NCBI GenBank assembly: GCA_937889945.1
Contig: CALBZC010000010.1
Span: 129,666 to 193,665, forward strand
Length of the DNA stretch: 64,000 bases
From: an uncultured Bacteroidales bacterium
GTDB taxonomy: Bacteria; Bacteroidota; Bacteroidia; Bacteroidales; UBA4417
Direction: 5' to 3'
The translations under genes and the position numbers were made by a program. The number at the start of each line of letters is the position of its first letter. Within the stretch, counting starts at the first letter, position 1. The notes beneath the pieces were generated by a model. That model was not told the origin of the DNA. It saw only the letters and a list, made by a program, of their open reading frames with translations, and did no database searches. Below are positions 38,563-48,076 of the stretch, one piece after another.

Positions 38563-39198
38563 ATGAAATTTAAATTTTTAAGTTTACTGATAGTTCTTTA
38601 TTTATTGGGGACACATGCTTTGTATGCCCAAAACTTAGGCGTAAAACTTACCGGTTCTTTATCTAAAATAACAATTGATTATGTTGATAAAGCTACTTTT
38701 ACTCCTACTTTTTCCGTAGGTGCATATAGCGATATTATACTCTCCGAAAATTTGTTTTTTCGTCCGGAGTTATCCTATGCGATGAAAGGAATGAATTATA
38801 AAGGTGATATAACGCGTTTGCACTACATACAATTGCCTGCAAGTTTTTTTTATAAAACCTCTTTTAATAGTATAAATACAATGGAGGTGGGTATTGGACC
38901 CTACATAGGCATTGCAGTAGGAGGCAAAACAACTAATAACCAAGTGGATAAAGAAATAAAATTTAAAAATAAAATATCCGCTACTGACGATTTATCTAAA
39001 TATGATTATTATAAAAAATATGATGTAGGTGGTTTGTTGATATTAGGATATGAATATAAAAACCGTGTAGGAGCCGGCGTAGAAATGGCAATAAGCTTTA
39101 TGAATATAGCGGCTGAAAACCATCCACAACGCATTAATTATAAAAACGTCAATTTTGGATTTTTTATAACCTACAATATATTAAGTACTAACCAATAA
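38563..39198 (+). CDS. porin-family outer membrane beta-barrel protein (paralog 1)
   Basis: 211 aa with a signal peptide, the shared blocks FRPELSYAMKG and HYIQLP, and a C-terminal aromatic-rich strand. Confidence 0.75.
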   Translation: MKFKFLSLLIVLYLLGTHALYAQNLGVKLTGSLSKITIDYVDKATFTPTFSVGAYSDIILSENLFFRPELSYAMKGMNYKGDITRLHYIQLPASFFYKTSFNSINTMEVGIGPYIGIAVGGKTTNNQVDKEIKFKNKISATDDLSKYDYYKKYDVGGLLILGYEYKNRVGAGVEMAISFMNIAAENHPQRINYKNVNFGFFITYNILSTNQ

Positions 39199-39213
39199 TT
39201 ACCTTATATTATT

Positions 39214-39381
39214 TTTTAAACCACATAGATATATAGATAAGATTTGATGAAGCTGAAAATAAATGTTCAGAGATAAGGTAATACAGACAACATCAGGGAG
39301 AATCTTTGAAGCTGTGCTTCAAAGCTATGTGAACCTTATTAAACCTGATAAACAAAAATCTGTATCCCTATGTGGTTAAAA
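39214..39381. mobile_element. MITE-like element, copy B (168 bp), inverted relative to copy A
   Basis: The ends are TTTTAAACCACATAG (39214-39228) and CTATGTGGTTAAAA (39368-39381). The interior is homologous to the reverse complement of 30801-30996, and it contains a perfect 9-bp hairpin ctttgaagc tgt gcttcaaag. Confidence 0.6.
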
Positions 39382-39468
39382 TAAGTTAAACTATTTTTTG
39401 CTACCTACTTACAAGAAAAAAATAGAAAATAAAATTAAATCAATTATTAATATTAAATTTTAAAAATC

Positions 39469-40116
39469 ATGAAAAAATCAATTTTTGCTTTATTTATCGT
39501 TTCTGTATTAAGTATCGGAAGCGCGTTTGCACAAATGTCGTTTGGCGTTAAAGGTGCTTTTAATATGAATAAATTTTACGGTTCTAGCTTCTATGATGAT
39601 GCAAAGTTAATTCCTGCCGGAAATGTAGGTGTTTTCGCCGATTTCCAAATTGCGGATGGTTTCTATATTCGTCCTGAATTAAACTATGCTAACAAAGGAA
39701 GTAAATTTGAAAAAAGTGTTAGTCTTTTAGGTGTAACAACCAAAACTACCACAACTTCAAGAATCCATTATTTAGAAATCCCAGTAACATTCCAATATAA
39801 AGCCATGCTAGGAGAAGGTAATCTAATTCTAGGAGGAGGTCCTTATATGGGCATTGGCTTAGGTGGTAAAAATAAATTTACCGCTGATGTAAATGGAAAT
39901 TCTACTGACAAATCTGAAGATATTGAATTTGGCAATGAACAAGGTAAATTAAAAAGAATGGATTTCGGTGGTAAATTTTATGCAGGTTATGAACTACCTA
40001 TGGGTTTAGGCTTTGGTCTTGAAACAAATTTAGGCTTATCAAACTTATCAAATGATAATGATCCTAAAACTAAAAATATAGGTTTTGGTTTATTCCTATC
40101 TTATAGAATAAGATAA
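39469..40116 (+). CDS. porin-family outer membrane beta-barrel protein (paralog 2)
   Basis: 215 aa with a signal peptide (SAFAQ) and the blocks FGVKGAFNM, YIRPELNYANKGSK, HYLEIPVTFQYKA and KRMDFGGKFYAGYELPMGLGFGLETNLGL. It ends LSYRIR. Confidence 0.8.
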   Translation: MKKSIFALFIVSVLSIGSAFAQMSFGVKGAFNMNKFYGSSFYDDAKLIPAGNVGVFADFQIADGFYIRPELNYANKGSKFEKSVSLLGVTTKTTTTSRIHYLEIPVTFQYKAMLGEGNLILGGGPYMGIGLGGKNKFTADVNGNSTDKSEDIEFGNEQGKLKRMDFGGKFYAGYELPMGLGFGLETNLGLSNLSNDNDPKTKNIGFGLFLSYRIR

Positions 40117-40141
40117 TATAAACATATTTCTAAATTTAGGA

Positions 40142-40176
40142 AAAACGGAAATCTTGCAAAGGTTTCCGTTTTTCTT
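40142..40176 (+). terminator. rho-independent terminator after porin paralog 2
   Basis: Stem aaaacggaaa / tttccgtttt followed by a T-rich tail. Confidence 0.7.
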
Positions 40177-40253
40177 AATTATATGTAAAAAATATGTTAA
40201 TAAAATGTTACTAACATATTACTTCTTTAGTAGCATAGTATAATTGAAAATTA

Positions 40254-40261
40254 TACTTTTG
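40254..40261 (+). promoter_or_regulatory. Bacteroidota -7 promoter motif (TACTTTTG) for porin paralog 3
   Basis: Matches TAnnTTTG, 43 nt upstream of the ATG at 40304. Confidence 0.5.
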
Positions 40262-40303
40262 CCTCTAATTCAATTAAATATTAACAAATAAATTATTAAA
40301 ATT

Positions 40304-40894
40304 ATGAAAAAACAATTATTTACTTTATTTATCGTTTCTTTATTATTTGTAGGAAGCGCCTTCGCTCAGTCCTTTGGTGTTAAAGGTGCTTTTAACATGG
40401 TTAAAATTTATGGAAGTGATGCGGATGGTGCTAAATTAATGCCGGCTTTTAATATAGGGGCTTATGGTGATTTCGCTATTGCAGAAAGTTTCTATATTCG
40501 TCCTGAGTTAAATTATGCAATGAAAGGTTCAAAAGGAGAAGAGGATACAAAGTTAACAATTCATTATTTAGAAATTCCTGTAACTTTCCAATATAAAGCT
40601 GCTTTAAGCGATGGTAGCTTTATTTTAGGCGCTGGCCCGTATATGGGAATAGGATTAGGTGGAAAAGCAAAAGCTAAAGATGCTGGAGTTGAAATTTCAA
40701 AAGATATTGAATTCGGGAATGAAGAAGGTAAAGTAAAAAGAATGGATTTTGGCGGAAAGTTCTATGCTGGTTATGAATTGCCTATGGGTTTAGGCTTTGG
40801 TCTTGAAACAAATTTAGGCTTAACTGAATTAATGAAAGATAATAAAGTTAAAAATATAGGTTTTGGTTTATTCCTATCTTATAGAATAAAATAA
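40304..40894 (+). CDS. porin-family outer membrane beta-barrel protein (paralog 3)
   Basis: 196 aa. It is near-identical to paralog 2 in the predicted strands and differs mainly by indels in two loop regions. Confidence 0.8.
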   Translation: MKKQLFTLFIVSLLFVGSAFAQSFGVKGAFNMVKIYGSDADGAKLMPAFNIGAYGDFAIAESFYIRPELNYAMKGSKGEEDTKLTIHYLEIPVTFQYKAALSDGSFILGAGPYMGIGLGGKAKAKDAGVEISKDIEFGNEEGKVKRMDFGGKFYAGYELPMGLGFGLETNLGLTELMKDNKVKNIGFGLFLSYRIK

Positions 40895-40915
40895 TCACCT
40901 ATTTATCCGAAAATA

Positions 40916-40948
40916 AAAAGCAGTTTCTTAATGAAACTGCTTTTTTAT
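40916..40948 (+). terminator. rho-independent terminator after porin paralog 3
   Basis: Stem aaaagcagtttc / gaaactgctttt with loop ttaat, followed by a T-run. Confidence 0.8.
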
Positions 40949-40951
40949 TTT

Positions 40952-40959
40952 TATATTTG
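40952..40959 (+). promoter_or_regulatory. Bacteroidota -7 promoter motif (TATATTTG) for porin paralog 4
   Basis: Matches TAnnTTTG, 27 nt upstream of the ATG at 40986. Confidence 0.45.
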
Positions 40960-40985
40960 TAAGCAATAAATTAAAACTTTTATCC

Positions 40986-41678
40986 ATGAAACGTTCTGTC
41001 ATTATCTTATTACTATCCCTTTTTATCACAACATCTGCAAGTTATGCGCAAGTTCTAAATTTCGGACTGAGGGGAGCGTTTAATATGTCTAAATTTATCA
41101 GCAACCGTTCTGATAGTACCTATAATTTTATCCCTTCAGCAGATGCGGGCATTTTTGGTGATATTAAAATACTTGAAGGTATTTATCTTCGTCCGGAAGT
41201 GAACTATTCTATGAAAGGTACTAAATATGGCAAAAACGATATAAAAGTAACACTCCATTATTTAGAAGTACCGGTTTCACTGCTGTACAAATATGAGTTA
41301 AATCAGGGTTTTGTGGTTGTAGGCGCGGGTATGTACTGGGGCATGTTGATAGGAGGCAAACATAACGGCAATGATATAACCATGACTGATAATGTGCAGG
41401 ATAAGGGAGGACAGGAGTTTGTTCCTCATAATTATATTCGTAAAATGGATTTTGGCGGTAAATTTTACGCCGGCTATGAGTTTGATAGCGGATTAGGATT
41501 AGGTCTTCAGTCGAATGTAGGCTTTAAGGAGTTAGCGCCATCTTATGAAAAAATAGATCCTTTAAATACTCACGATTTGGGAAGTTATAAAAATTTTAAC
41601 ATAGGAATTTATATAACCTATAAATTAAATACGTTCGATTTCAAGAAAAGAAAATATGATTGTGGTTGTCCTAACTAA
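40986..41678 (+). CDS. porin-family outer membrane beta-barrel protein (paralog 4, with Cys-containing C-terminal tail)
   Basis: 230 aa. It shares blocks with paralogs 2 and 3 (FGLRGAFNM, YLRPEVNYSMKGTK, HYLEVPV, RKMDFGGKFYAGYEF). It also has an extra tail, FDFKKRKYDCGCPN. Confidence 0.75.
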   Translation: MKRSVIILLLSLFITTSASYAQVLNFGLRGAFNMSKFISNRSDSTYNFIPSADAGIFGDIKILEGIYLRPEVNYSMKGTKYGKNDIKVTLHYLEVPVSLLYKYELNQGFVVVGAGMYWGMLIGGKHNGNDITMTDNVQDKGGQEFVPHNYIRKMDFGGKFYAGYEFDSGLGLGLQSNVGFKELAPSYEKIDPLNTHDLGSYKNFNIGIYITYKLNTFDFKKRKYDCGCPN

Positions 41679-41685
41679 ATAAGAT

Positions 41686-42873
41686 CTATATTCTCTTGTT
41701 TTCTGTTGTAAGTTGATGAATAGTTTTAAAAATTCGTTCGTCAACATCATTAAAAGTAAGTTTGCGGCGGGCATATACTATTTTGGCGGTTTCCAATACT
41801 TCCTCCAGCTTATGGGGCTTATGATTTGAAGCGCCTCCCCATGTAAAAGAGGGAATAAAATTAGGTTGATACCCTGCTCCGAAAATATTACAGCATACCC
41901 CTGTGGTAGTACCTGAGTTAAACATAGTATGAATGCCGGCTTTGCAATGATCACCCATAATCAGTCCGCAAAATTGTAATCCTGTTGTTTCAAAGCCGTC
42001 TTTGGCATAACTCCATTGTTTTATAATGCCGTAATTGTTTTTTAAGTTACTCGTAATGCTGCCGGCACCTATGTTACACCATTCTGCAATTACCGAATCG
42101 CCCATGTATCCGTCATGAGCTTTACTTGAATAAGCAAAAAAAGTAGTATTGCTTATTTCTCCTGCAATTTTGCACCATGGTCCGGCATTGGTACCCGCGT
42201 ATAAGTGCGATCCCATTTTTGCCAGCGCATGTTCGCCTAAAGCTACCGGACCCTCTAATATACATCCCGGCATTATTTCGGCATCCTTACCTATGTAAAC
42301 AGGTCCTTTTAATGTATCAATAATGGCATGTTCTACATTAGCGCCTTTTTCTAAAAATATAGTATTACCAACAACATGATTAGTAGGAGATATAGACTCC
42401 GAAACTCTATTTTTTGTAATAAGTTCGTAGTCTGTGTGCATTTCACTGATATTGTTAGCAACTATATCCCAGGGACGATTAAGTTGTGTATAGGTGGAGT
42501 TTACTTTTACCGAGGGTAAATCAGGTGCATTGCCTTCCTGAAATAATTCTACATTTTTATAAGTTAGCCTTATGGCAATTACATCATCATCTGTGCATAG
42601 CATGGAGTCGGGTTGCAGAGAGGCTATTTCTTTAAGAAGTTCAGCATTAGGGCATACCGATCCGTTAATTAAAAAATTATCATTTGATATTTTCAGGGGA
42701 AATTTTTCTTGCAGATAAGGTTCTGTGAGATGCGAGAAATCAGTTTGCAGAAAGAGCTTCCATTTTTCGCGAATGGTTAATATTCCGAAACGTATTTCGC
42801 TTGCCGGACGAAAAAAAGTTAAGGGTTTTAACGCAGTGTGCCTCGCATCGTCGAAAAAAATATAATTGCTCAT
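41686..42873 (-). CDS. GlmU-family putative sugar-nucleotidyl/acyl transferase with left-handed beta-helix
   Basis: 395 aa. An N-terminal nucleotidyltransferase-like region is followed by hexapeptide-repeat-like segments (IGKDAEIMPGCILEGPVALGEHALAKMGSHLYAG...). Confidence 0.65.
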   Translation of the reverse strand: MSNYIFFDDARHTALKPLTFFRPASEIRFGILTIREKWKLFLQTDFSHLTEPYLQEKFPLKISNDNFLINGSVCPNAELLKEIASLQPDSMLCTDDDVIAIRLTYKNVELFQEGNAPDLPSVKVNSTYTQLNRPWDIVANNISEMHTDYELITKNRVSESISPTNHVVGNTIFLEKGANVEHAIIDTLKGPVYIGKDAEIMPGCILEGPVALGEHALAKMGSHLYAGTNAGPWCKIAGEISNTTFFAYSSKAHDGYMGDSVIAEWCNIGAGSITSNLKNNYGIIKQWSYAKDGFETTGLQFCGLIMGDHCKAGIHTMFNSGTTTGVCCNIFGAGYQPNFIPSFTWGGASNHKPHKLEEVLETAKIVYARRKLTFNDVDERIFKTIHQLTTENKRI

Positions 42874-42966
42874 AATTGCTTTTTATTTAATAAACCGTAA
42901 AGTTGCAAAAATAGAACTATTGAAAATAAATAAATTCACTTTTTAAAAATACAATAGTTTTATAAA

Positions 42967-42995
42967 ATAAAAAAGCTATTCATAAAGAATAGCTT
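42967..42995 (-). terminator. rho-independent terminator of rpmE
   Basis: Stem aagctattc / gaatagctt with loop ataaa. It is followed on the minus strand by a T-run. Confidence 0.7.
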
Positions 42996-43021
42996 CAAAA
43001 ATTCATAAAATGAAAACAAAA

Positions 43022-43297
43022 CTATTTTGTCGATTTGCTTCTCATTTGTTGTGTCTTTTCCATTTTCTGACGGAATTTATCCACACGACCCGTGCTGTCC
43101 ACAAGTTTAATTTTGCCTGTATAGAAAGGGTGCGAAGTATTTGAAATTTCCAACTTTACAAGGGGATATTCCTTGCCGTCTTCCCAAGTTATGGTGTCTT
43201 TTGTGGCCACGGTAGAACGGGTTATAAAAGCAAAGTCGTTTGAGATATCTTTAAATACAACTAATCTGTAATCTTTAGGATGAATGTCTTTTTTCAT
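43022..43297 (-). CDS. rpmE: 50S ribosomal protein L31, type B
   Basis: 91 aa. It has [10 protein letters not shown] and [10 protein letters not shown] blocks and no CxxC zinc motif. Confidence 0.9.
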   Translation of the reverse strand: MKKDIHPKDYRLVVFKDISNDFAFITRSTVATKDTITWEDGKEYPLVKLEISNTSHPFYTGKIKLVDSTGRVDKFRQKMEKTQQMRSKSTK

Positions 43298-43388
43298 GTC
43301 TGCTTAATCGCTTAATAATTCAAGGGTGCAAAATTACATTTTTTTTTATTACAAGCAAATATTAATCCACTTATTTTTATATTGTTTT

Positions 43389-44456
43389 TCAAAAATTATT
43401 TAAAAAGTCAAGTGTATCAACTCCGTCTGCATAGTTTTGTAGCTGTGGGAATTGTGTTTCTCCCAGTTTTACTGTTTTTTTATCTGCATATATATTGGTT
43501 GCTACACATTGTATCTGTTCATCATTTTCTTCAATATATTTTTTTAATTCATTTAAATCGGCATACGTTTCATAAAATAAAACAGATATAGGAGAGGCTA
43601 TTTGCGAGGATTGTTGCATAAGTGCCACCGCATTTTCGTAATGAAAAGTTTGGTTTACCAGCATAATTGATTTGTTATAAATATAATTATTCATATACTT
43701 TGAATGGTTTACCAATTCTTGGGTGTATGGATCTATGCCTTTAAAAACATTGATTATATCATAGTTTTGCGGAACATATACTTTGGAAACGTTTCTACAC
43801 CCAAGCCCAAAGTAGGCACAAATATCTGTTCCCAACAATTTCAATTCCTCATCTGTTTCATTACCATCCAAAATGGCTATTCCATTACGATTTTTGCGGA
43901 TAATATGTGGATAGTCAGAAAAATATTGTTCAAAATAGCGAGCCGAATTATTACTACCCGTGGCGATAATAGCCTCAAAAGCAGGTAATTTTTCGGTTGT
44001 GAAAAGAATTTTGGTTTTTAGTTCAGGGTTCCATTTGCAGAGTTCTTCGGCAAAAGCGGGCAATAAATATTTGTCGTGCGAGGAGAGCTTGCCAATAAAA
44101 ACATGACCTGAAATCAGTACGCACAAAAAATCGTGAAACCCTACCAAAGGTATGTTTCCTGCCATAATTACGGCAACTTTTTTTTGCTTAGCCTCATTTT
44201 TATCGATATTGTAGTTCTCTATCCAATGTATGATGTTATCTTTTGTTAAAAGAGGTATCCATGCCTGTAAGGCAAAAGCTATGTTAGGCTTTGTAAACCA
44301 CAAATTTTCTATACATGTCTTCTCTATGGCATCAGATATATTTGCATAAGTATTCTCAAAAGTTGTATTTTTGTTATGCAGATACAAGGTAGTCTCTTTA
44401 AAAAGATTACCCAGCCGCACAAAGGCTTCTATTCGTTTTTCTAACGCAGTTGTCAT
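43389..44456 (-). CDS. acyl-CoA reductase (LuxC-like) family protein
   Basis: 355 aa. Its length and its placement next to serC-serA match what I recall for Bacteroidota proteins annotated this way. A minus-strand TATCTTTG promoter motif lies at about 44481-44492. Confidence 0.55.
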   Translation of the reverse strand: MTTALEKRIEAFVRLGNLFKETTLYLHNKNTTFENTYANISDAIEKTCIENLWFTKPNIAFALQAWIPLLTKDNIIHWIENYNIDKNEAKQKKVAVIMAGNIPLVGFHDFLCVLISGHVFIGKLSSHDKYLLPAFAEELCKWNPELKTKILFTTEKLPAFEAIIATGSNNSARYFEQYFSDYPHIIRKNRNGIAILDGNETDEELKLLGTDICAYFGLGCRNVSKVYVPQNYDIINVFKGIDPYTQELVNHSKYMNNYIYNKSIMLVNQTFHYENAVALMQQSSQIASPISVLFYETYADLNELKKYIEENDEQIQCVATNIYADKKTVKLGETQFPQLQNYADGVDTLDFLNNF

Positions 44457-44511
44457 AATAAATATATTGGCTATATTATTTGCAAAGATATTTTAATTTA
44501 AAAAGAGTTGT

Positions 44512-45381
44512 ATGCATACTATTTTAAAAATAAATTTTTATAAATTTTCCTTGCTTGTTTTTGCTTTTTTGTTTTTTCATATTGGGATTAAGGCACAGTC
44601 ATTTAAGGAAAAGGATTCACTTCAAAAGTTGTGCTTGGAAATATGGAACCAAGAAACTGATTCGGCAAAAGTGGAAGTAAGCAACCGCTTCTCATCCTAT
44701 TTTTATTCCTTTTTATCGGATAAAAATTTACCTGCAAATGCATTAGATTCCATAAAAGGCATTGTGCACGTGAAAAGTAGCGATGAACAACTGCAAATTT
44801 TTACATGGAACCTTCCTTTGCATGATGGCAGCTTTTTATATAAAGGATTTATTCGCGCCAATGGTAATATTTTTGCAATGGATTCAAAGGAAAGTTCAAA
44901 TAGAAATATAGCTGAAAATATTATAGATATCAGCAAATGGTATGGCGCATTATATTATAAGCTTATTGAGTCTGAACTCAGAGGCAAAAAGATTTATACT
45001 CTGCTGGGATGGGACGGTTATAATGCACGTCAGGACAGGAAAATAATAGACATTATTAATATACACGATAAAAAAATAACCTTCGGGGCTCCTTTGTTTA
45101 AAACAAAAGAAGGATTAAAAAACCGTGTAGTTATTGATTATGCCGATAGGGGAAATATGGTTATGCGTTACGACCGGCAATTTCTGAAAGTGGAAAAAGG
45201 AAAAAACATAAGCAAAGAAAAGCGCAACTTTATTGTAATGGACAGGTTGCACCCCATTATACCTGAGTATGAAAACAATAGAAGTTTTTACGTGCCCTCC
45301 GGCGATTTTTACGATGCTTTTATGATGCTTGACGGATATTGGGTTTTTGTAGAAGATATAGAAGTGGCAAATCCGAGATAA
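44512..45381 (+). CDS. secreted hypothetical protein
   Basis: 289 aa with a signal peptide (LLVFAFLFFHIGIKAQS). No motif was recognised. Confidence 0.6.
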   Translation: MHTILKINFYKFSLLVFAFLFFHIGIKAQSFKEKDSLQKLCLEIWNQETDSAKVEVSNRFSSYFYSFLSDKNLPANALDSIKGIVHVKSSDEQLQIFTWNLPLHDGSFLYKGFIRANGNIFAMDSKESSNRNIAENIIDISKWYGALYYKLIESELRGKKIYTLLGWDGYNARQDRKIIDIINIHDKKITFGAPLFKTKEGLKNRVVIDYADRGNMVMRYDRQFLKVEKGKNISKEKRNFIVMDRLHPIIPEYENNRSFYVPSGDFYDAFMMLDGYWVFVEDIEVANPR

Positions 45382-45466
45382 CATACTATTTTCAGCACCG
45401 CATCACTAAATTTATAAAATATTTAAATAAAATATCCTTTTTATTTTTTTATCGCATAAACATTTA

Positions 45467-45474
45467 TAGCTTTG
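45467..45474 (+). promoter_or_regulatory. Bacteroidota -7 promoter motif (TAGCTTTG) for serC-serA
   Basis: Matches TAnnTTTG, 95 nt upstream of the serC ATG. Confidence 0.4.
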
Positions 45475-45568
45475 TACAAAATTTTACGCCAATATTATAT
45501 GTGTTGGTGCAATTTGTTTTTATAGGTATAAAATTAATTATCAAATATTAACAAACTAAATTAAAATC

Positions 45569-46648
45569 ATGAAACATAATTTTAATGCAGGTCCATGTGT
45601 ATTGCCTAAATCGGCAATTGAAGCAACTATCGAAGCAATTCGTAACTTTGACAATACCGGAATAGGTTTATTAGAAATTTCTCACCGTACACCGGGTTGG
45701 GAAAGAATTATGGCTGAAACTGAACAATTATGGAGAGATTTATTGAATATACCGAATGATTATGCCGTATTATTCTTAGGTGGTGGAGCTTCAACTCAAT
45801 TCTTCACAGTAGCTGCAAACATGCTAAGCAAAAAAGCTGCATATTTACAAACAGGTGTTTGGGCTAAAAAAGCAATTAAAGAAGCTAAATTTTATGGCGA
45901 AGTTAAAGTAGTTGCTTCTTCTGAAGATAAAAACTACACATACATCCCTAAAGGCTATGAAATACCTAAGGATGCCGATTATTTCCATATTACTACAAAC
46001 AATACCATTTATGGTACTGAAATAAAAGAAGATATGGATTGTCCTATCAATTTGATAGCAGATATGTCTTCTGATATTATGAGCCGTCCGGTAGATGTTA
46101 AAAAATATGCTTTAATCTACGGTGGAGCTCAAAAGAACGTTGGACCTGCAGGGGTTACATTTGTTATTGTTCGCAAGGATTTATTGGGTAAAATGGAGCG
46201 TCCGCTTCAAACTATGGTTGACTACAGGACCCATATTGGCGCCGAAGCAAAGGACAACTCAATGTTTAACACGCCTCCTGTACTCTCTATTTTTGTAATG
46301 CACGAAACATTGCAATGGGTTAAAAACCTTGGAGGTCTTGAAGCGATGAACAAAATCAACACTGAAAAAGCCAACCTTTTGTATAACGAAATTGATCGTA
46401 ACGAAATGTTTGTGGGTACAGCTGCTAAAGAAGACCGCTCAATTATGAACGTATGTTTTGTAATGGCTGATAAATATAAAGATAAAGAAGCTGATTTTAT
46501 GGCATTTGCAAAAGAAAGAGGCATGGTAGGTATTAAAGGACACCGTTCTGTTGGCGGTTTCCGTGCTTCTATTTACAACGCTTGCCCTGTTGAAAGCGTT
46601 AAAGCTTTGGTAGCATGTATGCAAGAATTTGAAAAATTAAATAAATAA
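45569..46648 (+). CDS. serC: phosphoserine aminotransferase
   Basis: 359 aa. It has [13 protein letters not shown] and ISHRT blocks and the PLP-lysine context [11 protein letters not shown]. Confidence 0.93.
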   Translation: MKHNFNAGPCVLPKSAIEATIEAIRNFDNTGIGLLEISHRTPGWERIMAETEQLWRDLLNIPNDYAVLFLGGGASTQFFTVAANMLSKKAAYLQTGVWAKKAIKEAKFYGEVKVVASSEDKNYTYIPKGYEIPKDADYFHITTNNTIYGTEIKEDMDCPINLIADMSSDIMSRPVDVKKYALIYGGAQKNVGPAGVTFVIVRKDLLGKMERPLQTMVDYRTHIGAEAKDNSMFNTPPVLSIFVMHETLQWVKNLGGLEAMNKINTEKANLLYNEIDRNEMFVGTAAKEDRSIMNVCFVMADKYKDKEADFMAFAKERGMVGIKGHRSVGGFRASIYNACPVESVKALVACMQEFEKLNK

Positions 46649-46753
46649 GATTATGAAATAGCCATAAGTAAAATTTCACACCCAAAGCGCAAATCTTTAT
46701 TTATGGCATTCATACAATCTTAGCATTTTAACAAAAAATAAAAAAATAAACAG

Positions 46754-47674
46754 ATGAAAGTACTTGTTGCAACAGATAAACCGTTTGCAAAAGCAGCGGT
46801 TGACGGAATTCGTTCTATTGTAGAAGGCGCAGGACATCAATTGGCGCTTTTGGAAAAATATACAACCCCTCAGGAATTATTAAATGCAGTAGCTGATGCA
46901 GATGCGCTTATTGTTCGTTCTGATAAAGTTACCAAAGAGGTTGTAGATGCTGCCAAAAATCTTAAAATTGTTGTACGTGCCGGCGCAGGCTACGACAACC
47001 TTGACTTAGCTGCATGTACGGCAAAAAACATCGTAGCCATGAACACTCCCGGTCAAAACTCTAATGCAGTAGCAGAATTGGCTTTGGGCATGATGATTTT
47101 TATGGCAAGAAATGCTTTTAATCCAGGCACCGGTAGTGAGCTATCAGGAAAAACTGTTGGTATTCATGCTTACGGTAATGTAGGAAAATTGGTTGCTAAA
47201 CATGCAAAAGCTTTAGGAATGAATGTTATTGCTTTTGACCCCTTCGTAAAAGCTGAAAACATTAAAGCTGATGGCGTGGAAGTAGCTTCTTCTATAGAGG
47301 ATTTGTATAGCAAATCAAACTTTTTATCATTACATATTCCGGCTACTGCCGAAACTAAAGGCTCTGTAGGATATGAATTATTGATGAAAATGCCTAAAGG
47401 CGGATGTTTGGTGAACACGGCTCGCAAAGAAGTTATTAATGAAGCTGGTGTGGAAAAAGCATTGGCTGAAAGAGCTGATTTGAAATATATTACTGATATA
47501 GCAACTGAAGGTCATGCTGCATTAGCCGAAAAATTTGGTACCCGAGTATTCGGAACACCTAAAAAAATGGGAGCCGAAACTGCAGAAGCAAATGTTAACG
47601 CCGGTTTGGCTGCTGCTAACCAAATTGTTAAATTCTTTGCTACCGGAGATAAAACATTTCAAGTGAATAAATAG
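46754..47674 (+). CDS. serA: D-3-phosphoglycerate dehydrogenase (short, no ACT domain)
   Basis: 306 aa. It is a D-2-hydroxyacid dehydrogenase with the NAD motif GIHAYGNVG, and it lies directly downstream of serC. Confidence 0.8.
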   Translation: MKVLVATDKPFAKAAVDGIRSIVEGAGHQLALLEKYTTPQELLNAVADADALIVRSDKVTKEVVDAAKNLKIVVRAGAGYDNLDLAACTAKNIVAMNTPGQNSNAVAELALGMMIFMARNAFNPGTGSELSGKTVGIHAYGNVGKLVAKHAKALGMNVIAFDPFVKAENIKADGVEVASSIEDLYSKSNFLSLHIPATAETKGSVGYELLMKMPKGGCLVNTARKEVINEAGVEKALAERADLKYITDIATEGHAALAEKFGTRVFGTPKKMGAETAEANVNAGLAAANQIVKFFATGDKTFQVNK

Positions 47675-47695
47675 AATTGAGTTAGGAGTTGGGAG
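47675..47695 (+). repeat. left heptamer array (aattgag ttaggag ttgggag) flanking the four-helix-bundle gene
   Basis: Three phased units ending in GAG. The array is an approximate reverse complement of the CTCCGAA array at 48077-48111 (17 of 21 positions). Confidence 0.7.
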
Positions 47696-47696
47696 G

Positions 47697-48068
47697 ATGG
47701 AGAATAAAAAATTACGATTTAATTTTGAAGATCTTTTACTCTATCAAAAATCTCTTGATTTTATTCAAATGGTTTATTCTCTATCATCCGAATTTCCTAA
47801 AACTGAAATCTATGCACTTACTAACCAGTTTAGAAGGGCTTCGAATTCCATAGCATTAAATATTGCTGAAGGTTCCGGCGCTTCTAAATTGCAATTTATA
47901 AGATATTTGAATATTGCAAAAGGTTCTATTCATGAATGTGTGGTTTGTGTGACGTTAGCAAGCAAATTAAAATATATAAATCAATCTCAGGACGAAGAGT
48001 TAAGAGTAAAATTAGTAGAGCTGTCTAAAATGTGCAGCGGACTAATATCTAAGCTAAAAGAGACTTAA
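47697..48068 (+). CDS. four-helix-bundle protein (23S rRNA intervening-sequence protein / Avd-like family)
   Basis: 123 aa. Family-typical blocks are present: FEDLLLYQKSLDF, LTNQFRRASNSIALNIAEGSG and YLNIAKGSIHECV. Confidence 0.85.
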   Translation: MENKKLRFNFEDLLLYQKSLDFIQMVYSLSSEFPKTEIYALTNQFRRASNSIALNIAEGSGASKLQFIRYLNIAKGSIHECVVCVTLASKLKYINQSQDEELRVKLVELSKMCSGLISKLKET

Positions 48069-48076
48069 TATATAGG

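Noticed and set aside
43022-43297. Type B L31 as a zinc-starvation paralog switch
   Set aside because: No second L31 gene or Zur-like operator is visible. As far as I recall, Bacteroidota commonly carry only the Cys-less type B form, so this is probably the sole housekeeping copy.
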